The position numbers and the translations under genes were made by a program. Shown here one piece after another: positions 32,140-42,029 of a stretch of DNA of 64,000 nt; position 1 is the first letter of the stretch; each line of letters begins with the position of its first letter. The stretch is taken from assembly GCA_963843605.1 (NCBI GenBank), contig CAWJLA010000004.1:219282-283281 (forward strand), written 5' to 3'. Under the pieces are notes generated by a model. That model was not told the DNA's origin. It ran no database searches and saw nothing but the letters and a program-made list of their open reading frames with translations. The DNA is from an uncultured Bacteroidota bacterium (GTDB lineage: Bacteria > Bacteroidota > Ignavibacteria > Ignavibacteriales > Ignavibacteriaceae).

Positions 32140-33000
32140 ATGAAAATACTTTTTACTCTTCTTATTCTATTATTAAATTTTCCCGGTGCTTTTTCTCAAA
32201 TAATAAACGGCGGTTTTGAGAATTGGAACGGTACCGAGCCAGAAGGATGGAAAACAAGCAATTCAGGAAGCTATACCTTTGTAAGCCAATCTAACGACAG
32301 CCACTCCGGAAGCTATTCATTATCCAGCACTGTTATAAATTTTTTCGGGATAAATTACGGAGGGTTTCTGATGGCAGGCTCTGACGGCAAAGGATTTTTA
32401 ATTTCCGAGAGATACACAAATTTAAATGGTTATTATAAATTTATTCCGGCAGATACAAGCGACAGGGTAAGTATAACCATATTAATTTATCATTTTTCTG
32501 ATAGCGACACTACGGGCATCGGATACGGAATTTCCAGTTTGGGAGAAAGTCAGAATTTTTCGGAATTTAATGTCGATATTTTTTACAGTAATCAATCCCT
32601 TGCGGCAAACCTGATTAAAATAACAATTTCAATTTTAAATTTAACCTCAAGCACCGGAAAGTTGGGAACAAAATATTATCTTGATGATCTTCAACTAACA
32701 AACGCGGTAGGCGTAAAAGAATCTTTTATAAAAGAATCCAGTTATAATCTTCATCAGAATTATCCCAATCCGTTTAACCCGGCAACTAAAATAAAATACT
32801 CAATAAGACACAGTACACCGGTTACGCTTAAAGTATTCGATGCATTAGGAAGAGAATTAAAAACACTGGTTCATAAAACTCAATCGCCCGGTGAATATAC
32901 CGTAGATTTTAACGGCAGCGACCTTACAAGCGGAATATATTTTTACCGGCTGATAGCAGGTAATTATGTTCAGACAAAAAAAATGATCATGATAAAATAG
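32140..33000 (+). CDS. Secreted T9SS cargo protein of unknown function (CBM-like N-domain plus Por/T9SS C-terminal sorting domain)
   Basis: Signal peptide; IINGGFENWNGTEPEGW; C-terminus NYPNPFNPATKIKYSI...SGIYFYRL...KKMIMIK. Confidence 0.75.
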   Translation: MKILFTLLILLLNFPGAFSQIINGGFENWNGTEPEGWKTSNSGSYTFVSQSNDSHSGSYSLSSTVINFFGINYGGFLMAGSDGKGFLISERYTNLNGYYKFIPADTSDRVSITILIYHFSDSDTTGIGYGISSLGESQNFSEFNVDIFYSNQSLAANLIKITISILNLTSSTGKLGTKYYLDDLQLTNAVGVKESFIKESSYNLHQNYPNPFNPATKIKYSIRHSTPVTLKVFDALGRELKTLVHKTQSPGEYTVDFNGSDLTSGIYFYRLIAGNYVQTKKMIMIK

Positions 33001-33117
33001 TATCAATCAATAATATAAAAGGGAAAAAATAATTTTGACTTCCCCGGCACCCTAAACCGGTATTAATGGCGGGATTCAAAATTTGAAAAATATATTACAA
33101 AAAAACAGGAGATAAAC

Positions 33118-36100
33118 ATGAAAAATGTGAAGATTAGATCTAGTTTTCGCATGATGTTAACACTCCTTCTTTTATTAACATTTATTAGTCATGCACAGTT
33201 TGTTCCTATCCGGGTTACCACAAATTCCGAATATCAGATAAAACCTGCGGTATCAGGTAACAGGATAGTGTGGCAGGATGAAAGAAACAGAAGCGGTCTT
33301 TTCATCAACTACGATACATACATGTACACTTTGCCTTCCGGTCCCGAACAACGCATCAATACAAATACGAAAGACCAAAGTAATCCGTTTATATGGGAGA
33401 ACATCATTGTGTGGGATGATCTGCGGAACGGGAACCGGGATATTTATATGTATGATATAAATACTACCCTCGAAACCCAGGTTACAACAAATGCTGAATA
33501 CCAGGATTATCCGGCTGTATCAGACAGCGTAATAGTTTGGCGCGACAGACGGAACGGAGACTCTTGGGAATATGATATTTACATGTACGATATGCATAAC
33601 GGTTCGGAAGCAAGGGTAAGTACGGAGACGAGCTCCATGCAGGATGCCGGACCCAGAATTTCCGGGCATAAGGTAGTCTGGTCACAGTACAGCGGATCGT
33701 CAAATTCAATATTTTTTATGGACCTCGACTCCGGCAACAGAGAACAGCTCACTTCCGATCCTTACGATCAATATGCACCGGATATTCACGGCGATTCGGT
33801 TGTGTGGCTGGAATACCGGAACGGCAGTTATTCATTGTACATGGAAGATCTGACGACACACTTTACACAATTTATTACAGATAGGATAACGGCACATTCA
33901 AAGCCCAGAATTTCGGATAAAGGTATAGTCTGGGATGTTTTGGTTGATTTATACGGAAACAAGGATCTTTATTTTTATGAATTTGCTACCGAAGCACTGG
34001 TTCCTCTGGTAACCGGCGCTTTTACCGAAGAAAATCCTTCCATCTGGTCAAACAGAATTGTTTGGGATGATGCGTCAAGCAGCAACTACGATATATATTA
34101 TCTCGATTATGTCCGTCCCCCCGGCGCGGATATTTATGTAACTCAAAAAGATCATCCGGATCCGGTATTACTGGACGGATACTTGACCTATACAATAAAT
34201 GTAGGTAATTACGGATTTGAGAATGCAACAAACGTAGCTTTATCCACCACATTAAGTTCAAAAGTTGAGTACTATTATGCTTCATCAACTCAAGGGACAT
34301 GCAATTATGCCGGCGGTGCGGTTACATGCAATCTGGGAAATATAGATTTTAAAAACAGTGTAACGGTTAATATTATTGTAATTCCGAGGGATACCGGAAA
34401 TGTATATAATACTTTTTCCGTATCCGCAGATCAATCGGATTTGATTACGCATAATAATTCCGTTACCGCCAAAACCAGGATCAATGCATACACAGCGGAC
34501 GAAGTACCTTTTTCAAGAGACATAGGCGATCTGTCGCTTGGTGTGGATTCCCACGGAGCCGCACATATCAGCTGCACGAGCCAAGGAGAGTTTTATCCCA
34601 ATAACGGTACCGATATAATTTATATGACCAATAAAACCGGTATCTGGGAAGCCCATAGGATATATGACGGTATTGCAGACAATAATATCGATTTGGGAAA
34701 TCCTCCTTATGATCTCTGGGACGGCGGCAAATCTCTGATCGCCGTTGACGGATCAAATAATGAACACATCTGTTATGTTGTATACTACACCAGAACCAGT
34801 GTATACGGTGATCCGACCAATTGGCACAGCACATTGTACTATACCAATAATGTATCCGGCACATGGAAATCCCCGGTAAATCTTATTCAGCTCGACTTTA
34901 TCAGACCGGTTTCAATTGATATTGATAATAACGGTAAGGCTCACATAGCGTTCGTAACAAACAAGGCCGCTCAAAAAGGTTCATTGTATTATTTTACAAA
35001 TGCATCCGGTGACTGGGAGGCTGAAATTATTCACGGTAATATTTACGATCAAGCCTCAATGGCAGTAGATAATAATAACCATGTTCATTTCGGCTTTTAC
35101 AGTTGGGACATTCAAAACGACGATACGTACGAACAAGGCCTGGCTTATATTACGGGTACATCCGGCTCTTGGAGTACTCCGGAAAAGATTGATGACGTAG
35201 GCGGGCAAATGGAAGATATGGGCGTTTCGATTGCGGTCGATAATTTAAATAATCCTCATATAAGTTACCTCGGCGGGCAATACGGATATAATAAGTATGC
35301 AGTAAAAAGCGGCGGCGGCTGGTGGCTGGCTGAAGTTGACGAGGGCTGGGGTAGCGGTTGTTCTTCCATCGATCTCGATAATTCCGGTAATGCGCATATT
35401 CTTTACTCTCCCCTTTACGGCAGCAATATTTTCAGGTACGCTCAAAATACTTCCGGCGCATTCGAACATTGCGATGTAGAAGATGCGGAGCAATACCGTA
35501 TTAAGATAGATAATGACGGTAAGTATCATATAGTTTACGGAGACGTGTATCTCACGAACCGCGTTCATACCGATCAATACGGCGGCGGGGGTACGGAAAC
35601 AGGAGGATATTATTTTGTTACTTCCGACGAAGAAGCAGGCAGTATGCCGAGCCAGCCGGTTTATGAATGGATTGAACCGGTTGCGGGAAGTCATAACGAA
35701 ATTACTTCATGGACATCGGGCGATGAGGATGACGGTTATTTCCAGGTTGCCGATATAGGAATGTCATTCCCTTTCTTCGGACAAAATTACAATCATGTAT
35801 TTATAGGTTCAAACGGTTATTTGTCTTTCGCCAACGGGCACACGGAAAATGCGGAATACGCATTCGTACCCTCTTCAATTCAGCCGAATAATTTTATTGC
35901 CGGATGCGCAATGGATCTGGACTGCAGTAATGCAAATTCTCACGTTTATTATTTCAGCACAAGTTCCAAATTTATTGCTACCTACTGGCATGTTTACGAT
36001 AAGGGCTCCGATACGGATTATATAACTTTTCAAATTATTCTTTATTCAAACGGAAATATAAAAATACAATTCAATGATTCCGAAAGCTTAATCCCGGTGG

Positions 36101-36843
36101 CGGAATCCATTGACGGTAATGCCCTCGTGGGTATCGAAAACAGTAACGGCACCGAAGGGTTAAGTTATCATAACAACGGCGAAGGCGGCCCACTTTTCGG
36201 CTCCCCTCTTGCGGTTATGTTCGGCAACGACCCTTATCTGCTGCCGGTTGAACTGTCTTCTTTCGAATATTCTTTAAATAACAACATTGTTGTTCTTAAA
36301 TGGGCAACTGCCACGGAAATAAACAATTACGGGTTTGAAATTGAACGGTTAGCCTTACCCGGCGAACAGTCAGAGCAAATCCAAAATACGGCTGCAAGCA
36401 GATGGGAAAATATCGGTTTTGTAAAGGGAAACGGCAACAGCAACATTGCCAGAAATTACACTTATACGGATAACAGTGTAAGAGGAAGCGGAGCTTTTAA
36501 ATACAGATTGAAACAGTTAGATATTGACGGAAGTTTTAAATTCAGCAAGGAATTAACCGTAACCGTTAACGTACCTGCGGCATATTTTCTAAAACAGAAT
36601 TACCCTAATCCTTTTAATCCTATAACTAAAATTGAATTCGGATTAAAAGAAAGCGCGAATGTAAAATTAACTGTATTCAATATTTTAGGAGAAATGGTCT
36701 CCGAACTTTTAAATTGCCGGCTTGAAGCGGGTTATCATAAAGCGGAATTTGATGCCGGCAATTTTGCAAGCGGAGTATATATATACCGCCTGGAGGTTAA
36801 AGATAAATTCAATGCGATAAAAAAAATGATCGTGTTGAAATAG
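33118..36843 (+). CDS. 1241-aa T9SS-secreted multidomain surface protein (two 7-repeat propeller-like regions, DUF11-like domain, LPVEL module, T9SS CTD)
   Basis: Signal peptide. Seven repeats of the type Q.YPAVSG..IVW.D.RNG..DIYMYD. ADIYVTQKDHPDPV...TYTINVGN (DUF11-like). Seven repeats of D..G..HI.Y. C-terminus NYPNPFNPITKIEF...SGVYIYRL. Confidence 0.8.
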   Translation: MKNVKIRSSFRMMLTLLLLLTFISHAQFVPIRVTTNSEYQIKPAVSGNRIVWQDERNRSGLFINYDTYMYTLPSGPEQRINTNTKDQSNPFIWENIIVWDDLRNGNRDIYMYDINTTLETQVTTNAEYQDYPAVSDSVIVWRDRRNGDSWEYDIYMYDMHNGSEARVSTETSSMQDAGPRISGHKVVWSQYSGSSNSIFFMDLDSGNREQLTSDPYDQYAPDIHGDSVVWLEYRNGSYSLYMEDLTTHFTQFITDRITAHSKPRISDKGIVWDVLVDLYGNKDLYFYEFATEALVPLVTGAFTEENPSIWSNRIVWDDASSSNYDIYYLDYVRPPGADIYVTQKDHPDPVLLDGYLTYTINVGNYGFENATNVALSTTLSSKVEYYYASSTQGTCNYAGGAVTCNLGNIDFKNSVTVNIIVIPRDTGNVYNTFSVSADQSDLITHNNSVTAKTRINAYTADEVPFSRDIGDLSLGVDSHGAAHISCTSQGEFYPNNGTDIIYMTNKTGIWEAHRIYDGIADNNIDLGNPPYDLWDGGKSLIAVDGSNNEHICYVVYYTRTSVYGDPTNWHSTLYYTNNVSGTWKSPVNLIQLDFIRPVSIDIDNNGKAHIAFVTNKAAQKGSLYYFTNASGDWEAEIIHGNIYDQASMAVDNNNHVHFGFYSWDIQNDDTYEQGLAYITGTSGSWSTPEKIDDVGGQMEDMGVSIAVDNLNNPHISYLGGQYGYNKYAVKSGGGWWLAEVDEGWGSGCSSIDLDNSGNAHILYSPLYGSNIFRYAQNTSGAFEHCDVEDAEQYRIKIDNDGKYHIVYGDVYLTNRVHTDQYGGGGTETGGYYFVTSDEEAGSMPSQPVYEWIEPVAGSHNEITSWTSGDEDDGYFQVADIGMSFPFFGQNYNHVFIGSNGYLSFANGHTENAEYAFVPSSIQPNNFIAGCAMDLDCSNANSHVYYFSTSSKFIATYWHVYDKGSDTDYITFQIILYSNGNIKIQFNDSESLIPVAESIDGNALVGIENSNGTEGLSYHNNGEGGPLFGSPLAVMFGNDPYLLPVELSSFEYSLNNNIVVLKWATATEINNYGFEIERLALPGEQSEQIQNTAASRWENIGFVKGNGNSNIARNYTYTDNSVRGSGAFKYRLKQLDIDGSFKFSKELTVTVNVPAAYFLKQNYPNPFNPITKIEFGLKESANVKLTVFNILGEMVSELLNCRLEAGYHKAEFDAGNFASGVYIYRLEVKDKFNAIKKMIVLK

Positions 36844-36888
36844 GTATTAGAACTTTAAAACGAACTCATCCTACATAGCGGCAATGCC

Positions 36889-36920
36889 AGCCCTTCCCTT
36901 GCAAAGGGAAGGGCTTATTG
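36889..36920 (+). terminator. Intrinsic terminator after the 1241-aa gene
   Basis: AGCCCTTCCCTT-GCA-AAGGGAAGGGCT perfect 12-bp stem followed by TATTG. Confidence 0.65.
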
Positions 36921-37115
36921 ATTACGACAATAAGACATAAACAAACATTACTTTACTTATTCTTTTTATAAGAATAAAAAGAAAATACAACTAATAATTT
37001 GTTTTAATATTTAACAACAATGATTTTGCTTTGTATGTCCCGTATACTTTCTCAACAATTCATTACAAACACAATTGAAGCAGTTCTTAAAGTAATATTT
37101 ATTCGGCTTCACATT

Positions 37116-37583
37116 TTATTTAATTCCGATTTCCTGCCGCAGTTTAATTCCCAATTCTTTTATTTTTTCTTTTTTTGCACCGCTTACAGTCAGTTTCCCC
37201 GAAGTTACGGGGTCTCTTATTACAGCGGCCATCACTACTTCATTGTCGATTATCATGGCCATTTTTTTGCCGACATTTTGTTCCGTGATTTTTTTAAATT
37301 TTTCTTTTGCCGAGTCTTTCAGCGCGATATTTAGAACATATAATTCGTTTCCGTCTAATATTGCGTTCCGTGTATTGCACGATTCGATATCTTTAACGGT
37401 AATAACGGGTTTTTCTGAAAGACAAAGAGTATCTGATAAATAGACAATTGTATTTTTATCCTTCTGTCCGGAACAAGTGTCGGATGACAAGACCAAATAC
37501 AAACCTGTTTCCACCGGTTTTGTCTGAGACATAATATTAAATGCCGAAGTTATAATGATAAAAGACAATATTATGGTTTTCAT
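37116..37583 (-). CDS. Small secreted protein with a SecD/SecF P1-head-like segment (hypothetical)
   Basis: Signal peptide MKTIILSFIIITSAFNIMSQ. MAMIIDNEVVMAAVIRDPVTSGKLTVSG resembles the SecD periplasmic LAIVLDG.VISAP.I...I.GG...ItG block (recalled, not searched). Confidence 0.4.
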   Translation of the reverse strand: MKTIILSFIIITSAFNIMSQTKPVETGLYLVLSSDTCSGQKDKNTIVYLSDTLCLSEKPVITVKDIESCNTRNAILDGNELYVLNIALKDSAKEKFKKITEQNVGKKMAMIIDNEVVMAAVIRDPVTSGKLTVSGAKKEKIKELGIKLRQEIGIK

Positions 37584-37778
37584 AATTAAATGCTCTTTTT
37601 TATTTATGATAATATATAATTTCCGGAAATCCGGACGATGTTCTCAATTTAAAGGGACGAGAATTTTGCACTACGGTTGAATTATTAAAATTCCGGTATT
37701 AACAAATTATGGAACTAAAAGTCGATTTTATTAAATGGTATTTATCTTAATTTCCAGTTTAATACCGCAACTTAAAAA

Positions 37779-38714
37779 TTATCTTTGATAACAGCAGATA
37801 GCCAATTCTTCGTTGGTAACAACCGTAAAATCCGAGCGACCTTCAGTCCAGGCACCGGTGTCAATATAAATATATTTCCCATCCATAAAATTTATGTCAA
37901 GGTATGGATGATGGGTATGACCTATTATACTGATTTTCGCTTCCGGCATATCAGGAATACTTCCCAGCCGTTTGGAATAATAATCAAAATATCTGGGTCC
38001 GTATGCGGTCCTGTATTCGTCCTCCGACGGATAATCATAAACCGGTTCTTTCCCCGATCTTACTCCGAATGAATAATTATCGTCTTTTGGAATCATATTA
38101 ACGCTGACGAGGAGAGTTGCAAAGAACTGATTAATTTCCCTGATCGTTTTAAAAACAATCTGTCCCGCTTCCCAGAGAGGAGCATTCGGATTTGAAAAAT
38201 CTTTCCAAGTATCAGGAGAAAAACCATGTTCAAGGTAAACCTTACCTTCATTAGCGGCAAAAGAAAAACCGGGGAAATGACGCAGTTCAAAATCATGGTT
38301 GCCGTAAAGAAAATGAGTTCTAATGCCATTCATCGAGTTTACTATCCGGTCGTAATCCGGATGAGACATCCTTATCTCGATACCGGTTGCGTTTGCCCCC
38401 GTTGAACTTAAGCCCGGAAACCGCTGCTCGTATAAATCTCCTATCTGATATATTCGAAGGGTTTTCTGCTGAAGAGCCATTTCTTCTTTTGTAACCTCAA
38501 GGTGGTCCAATAATCCCAGCATAGCCCCTGCGCCGAACTTAAAATTGTCCAGCTGAGAATTATATATATACATGTGCATATCCGGTATTACTACAAGCAT
38601 GTCGCAGCTCTTTAAAATTGGCCGCCATGGTTCGGGAACAGGACTGGGATTTCCGTTGTTAGTAATTATTTTGATTTTGCTGTTCCCTTTTATAAAGTCA
38701 TCTTGTATTTTCAT
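37779..38714 (-). CDS. Calcineurin-like metallophosphoesterase
   Basis: Ordered motifs VIPDMH, IGDLYE, GNHDFE, EHGF, GHTHHP; no signal peptide. Confidence 0.8.
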   Translation of the reverse strand: MKIQDDFIKGNSKIKIITNNGNPSPVPEPWRPILKSCDMLVVIPDMHMYIYNSQLDNFKFGAGAMLGLLDHLEVTKEEMALQQKTLRIYQIGDLYEQRFPGLSSTGANATGIEIRMSHPDYDRIVNSMNGIRTHFLYGNHDFELRHFPGFSFAANEGKVYLEHGFSPDTWKDFSNPNAPLWEAGQIVFKTIREINQFFATLLVSVNMIPKDDNYSFGVRSGKEPVYDYPSEDEYRTAYGPRYFDYYSKRLGSIPDMPEAKISIIGHTHHPYLDINFMDGKYIYIDTGAWTEGRSDFTVVTNEELAICCYQR

Positions 38715-38720
38715 TCTAAA

Positions 38721-39422
38721 TTACCTCCAGTTGAAAGAGTTAATTCTCTCCCCGTTAAGTTCAAGCAGCTCGACGGGATATATATTGTACTGAAGATCTT
38801 TAATCATCACAGTTTTGCCGTCACTTAAAAGTCTTAGCGAATACCAGTAAGTTACCTTGCGCCATGGATGGTCATTATAATGAATTTCGCCGTAAAAATT
38901 TCCAGACGAATCCGGTGTAAGTTTGTTGGCTACGGTTAATACATTTGACTTTCTTAAAAAAGAAACAACGGACGATTCGGTAGAATCTCCGCAAAATACC
39001 ACCAGAGTATCACCCTGGGAAATATCTGTTCTGTAAAAATCCGGGTACTGATACCAGAGATACAATTTTCCCTGCCCGGTATCATATTCATCCATAAAAA
39101 TTTGAATATTAGGATCGACATAAACGCGTCCCCATCCCTCGGATTCGATTAATCTCTGCCGGCTTCCCAGACTGGCCACCGGAATCTTGGTTTCCTTTAA
39201 ATTCCCGGGCCAGTTTTTAAAGATTTCTTCTACAATATAATACGGCATCCCGGGAGTTAATTTTCCGTTCTGCAGACTATCTACTAGAGCAGAACGTTCA
39301 GCCGCTTTTTTGAAAGATGCTCTATCGGGTTCGAAGTATGATGGATATCGAACGCAGCCGTTCTGTATGATAATAAAAGACAGGAGAAAGAGAACCGCTA
39401 AAAAATATTTTTTATAGTACAT
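38721..39422 (-). CDS. Hypothetical lipoprotein
   Basis: N-terminus MYYKKYFLAVLFLLSFIIIQNGC (lipobox-like ...NGC). I recognise no other motif. Confidence 0.6.
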   Translation of the reverse strand: MYYKKYFLAVLFLLSFIIIQNGCVRYPSYFEPDRASFKKAAERSALVDSLQNGKLTPGMPYYIVEEIFKNWPGNLKETKIPVASLGSRQRLIESEGWGRVYVDPNIQIFMDEYDTGQGKLYLWYQYPDFYRTDISQGDTLVVFCGDSTESSVVSFLRKSNVLTVANKLTPDSSGNFYGEIHYNDHPWRKVTYWYSLRLLSDGKTVMIKDLQYNIYPVELLELNGERINSFNWR

Positions 39423-39466
39423 CCGTCCTCCGTATTAAATATTTACAGATGTTTAGCCCGGCTAAA

Positions 39467-41725
39467 TTAAGTACCGGATCCTCCCTTTTCGATTTGAATA
39501 TACCCGTTCTTTTTTATAGTTATAATACTTCTGCCGGTAATAAAATATCTCTGATTTATGAAATTAAAAATTACCTGCACTTCATTCCACTCCGAAGGAA
39601 TAGTCCAGGTGAAAATTTCATGAGGAGTTAACGTGTAACTCTTAGATGCAATGAGCCTCAGCCTGTCGCCCGGATGAAAAAATTTTATTTCGACCTGGTT
39701 ATCATACATACTTCTAATTATAATATCATTCGGTTCCAGATTTTCACCTACAAGGAAAGTACCGGAAATTCCATCATACGGGGAAATCTTTCCCGACTGA
39801 GATTTCCAATCACCAAAATGACATATGCGGTATTCGCCCGGTTCAACGTCTTCGTCCATCTTCCAGGTTATAGAAATCAATGAACTTGCTGCAAACTCAC
39901 GTGCCCAACGATATATTGTACACGGATCCCGGTCAGTATAAATACTTTGCCAGCCGTCGGACCCTTTTTTTTCAACCGTCAGAAATGTGTCCTGGGTTCT
40001 TAAATTATTTTTAGGATGAGCGCCCCAGAATACCACTTTTACTGTTTCCCCGTTTCTATAAAATGCGTTAACATCTGTGTGTAAACTTCCGAATTTATGA
40101 TTCGGCCAGGGAGGGGTATCCATCATAACACCCGTTCTTATCGTAAACTGCTGGTTGGATAAATCCCTAGGCATCGGACCGGGAGCAATTTCGGTATTAT
40201 CAATCATTGAAATGGCAAGCTTGCCGAACTCCTGTCTGTAAGCATCAAACGTATAGGGACCAAATAGAGTGGAAGCACCTTCGTAATTTTGCTTATCATA
40301 TTCTTCCCTGGTGGTAATATATCCGGCATAGGCATTTGCATAAGCACTAATGGCGATGTATTTAACACCGATCGGTTTTAATAAATTTAGAATAGCTTCT
40401 CTTAAACGCCTGCCGGCCATAGTTGTTATTTCTCCCGGTATGCTTAAAACAGCAAGACTTCCGATCCGTATTATCTGAACCGGCAGTATTTCGGGAACAA
40501 GCGGATATGGATCGGAGATACCGGGCGCTATAATTATGGTTTTGTTTCCGTGTCCATTAATAAGTTCTTCCGAAAGATAATCAGGATAAGAAAAATTTTT
40601 AATGAATGTCGAGAACAGCTTCAGTACCGCTGATACAAACCTCTGTGTAACTAATGATAAATCTCCGTCGTTTTTTATATCAATTCTTTCTTTCATTCCT
40701 ACAGGCTGAATACCGCTTTCCGTTCGGCCCGTAAAAATCGAAATACCCAGCGCCGCGGGAAAAGTTCTTTCGGAGGTTCCTTCAATTTTAGTATTGGACA
40801 GATTTATATGTTTATGACGGACTTCGATACTGCCTCTTAATTCCTCTTCTGCCGAATTAAAAAGATCCTTTGCTGCCAGATACTGCTTTTTGCCAAGCTG
40901 ATACATATACGTAAAATCGCTGTCGGAATCCGGAATTCCGGAATTTACATTTCCGGAAATATCGCCGCAATTTGAATTTGCAAATGCCGCGGTAAAAGCA
41001 TCGTTATTCAAGGGGTTTGAACCCATCTGCTGTTCAAACAGATATTCTGCATAACCTTTATTATCACCGCTGATTAATTTATTGCCTTCTGCGGTGTAAG
41101 AAGGATGAACGGCATTCCATGCAAGGCTTCCGACACATTTCCCGTCGTTTTTTTCAAATTTCAGCACCAGTATTTCTTTATCTACCTCGCCGTCGTACTT
41201 AGCTCTTTCTTCTTTAGGATTATTCAAATACGCCTCCAGGGAACGGTTCCATCCGCAATCTTCAATTTTGCCTTTGCCGATATAAATTTTTCCGGGTGAG
41301 AGATTATTATATGCTCTATTTACTGACTCCACAATGCCGTTTACTATTACTTCAAAATTTTGTTTATCAAATCCCAGTATGGATAAATTATAAAGCGCAT
41401 AGTGAGAATATCCGCCCGGTCCGCTGTGTGTATGCGTACCTGAAATTAAAATATTTTCGGTTTTAAATAAATTTCCGCTGAACCTGATGTTTAATCTTTT
41501 AACAACTTCCGTTTTAACAGACTGCGTACACGACCATAAATCGGCTACTACTATTGTAGTAATATTGCCGGATAACTGCCCCTTTATGATAAATGCTCTG
41601 GAATATAACCGGAAATGAATGCCGTCTGTTTTCTGTTCTATATGAGCAGTACTTAATATTCCCGCATCGGCAGCTGGTCCGGTTATATCATATATTCCTG
41701 TCCCTATTAAAAAGTCCTCGTCCAT
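39467..41725 (-). CDS. Neutral/alkaline ceramidase family protein with an extra C-terminal ~90 aa
   Basis: GIYDITGPAAD...GIHFRLYSRAFII...ISGTHTHSGPGGY, the hallmark N-terminal blocks of neutral ceramidases. 752 aa; no obvious signal peptide. Confidence 0.8.
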   Translation of the reverse strand: MDEDFLIGTGIYDITGPAADAGILSTAHIEQKTDGIHFRLYSRAFIIKGQLSGNITTIVVADLWSCTQSVKTEVVKRLNIRFSGNLFKTENILISGTHTHSGPGGYSHYALYNLSILGFDKQNFEVIVNGIVESVNRAYNNLSPGKIYIGKGKIEDCGWNRSLEAYLNNPKEERAKYDGEVDKEILVLKFEKNDGKCVGSLAWNAVHPSYTAEGNKLISGDNKGYAEYLFEQQMGSNPLNNDAFTAAFANSNCGDISGNVNSGIPDSDSDFTYMYQLGKKQYLAAKDLFNSAEEELRGSIEVRHKHINLSNTKIEGTSERTFPAALGISIFTGRTESGIQPVGMKERIDIKNDGDLSLVTQRFVSAVLKLFSTFIKNFSYPDYLSEELINGHGNKTIIIAPGISDPYPLVPEILPVQIIRIGSLAVLSIPGEITTMAGRRLREAILNLLKPIGVKYIAISAYANAYAGYITTREEYDKQNYEGASTLFGPYTFDAYRQEFGKLAISMIDNTEIAPGPMPRDLSNQQFTIRTGVMMDTPPWPNHKFGSLHTDVNAFYRNGETVKVVFWGAHPKNNLRTQDTFLTVEKKGSDGWQSIYTDRDPCTIYRWAREFAASSLISITWKMDEDVEPGEYRICHFGDWKSQSGKISPYDGISGTFLVGENLEPNDIIIRSMYDNQVEIKFFHPGDRLRLIASKSYTLTPHEIFTWTIPSEWNEVQVIFNFINQRYFITGRSIITIKKNGYIQIEKGGSGT

Positions 41726-42029
41726 AAAATTTTGTTTAATTTTTCATTATATAAATGTTAACAATAAAAAAGATATCCGGCAAGCAGTTTAGTCAAACGG
41801 TGTGAAAATTAACAGCATATAAAATCTGATTCGGATAGTCCAAGACAATAATAAAAAAACAAAAAAATAGGAGTCAGCATAACGAATAGCATATTTTAAC
41901 AGAACGGTTTGAACCGAACAGTACATTAATCCGGTAGGCAAGGATTATGTTTTGAACATAAATAAACAGAGAGATATAATCAACAATAAAATTCTAAGGT
42001 TTTATATTTTGCCGGATGCAAATTGGCTG

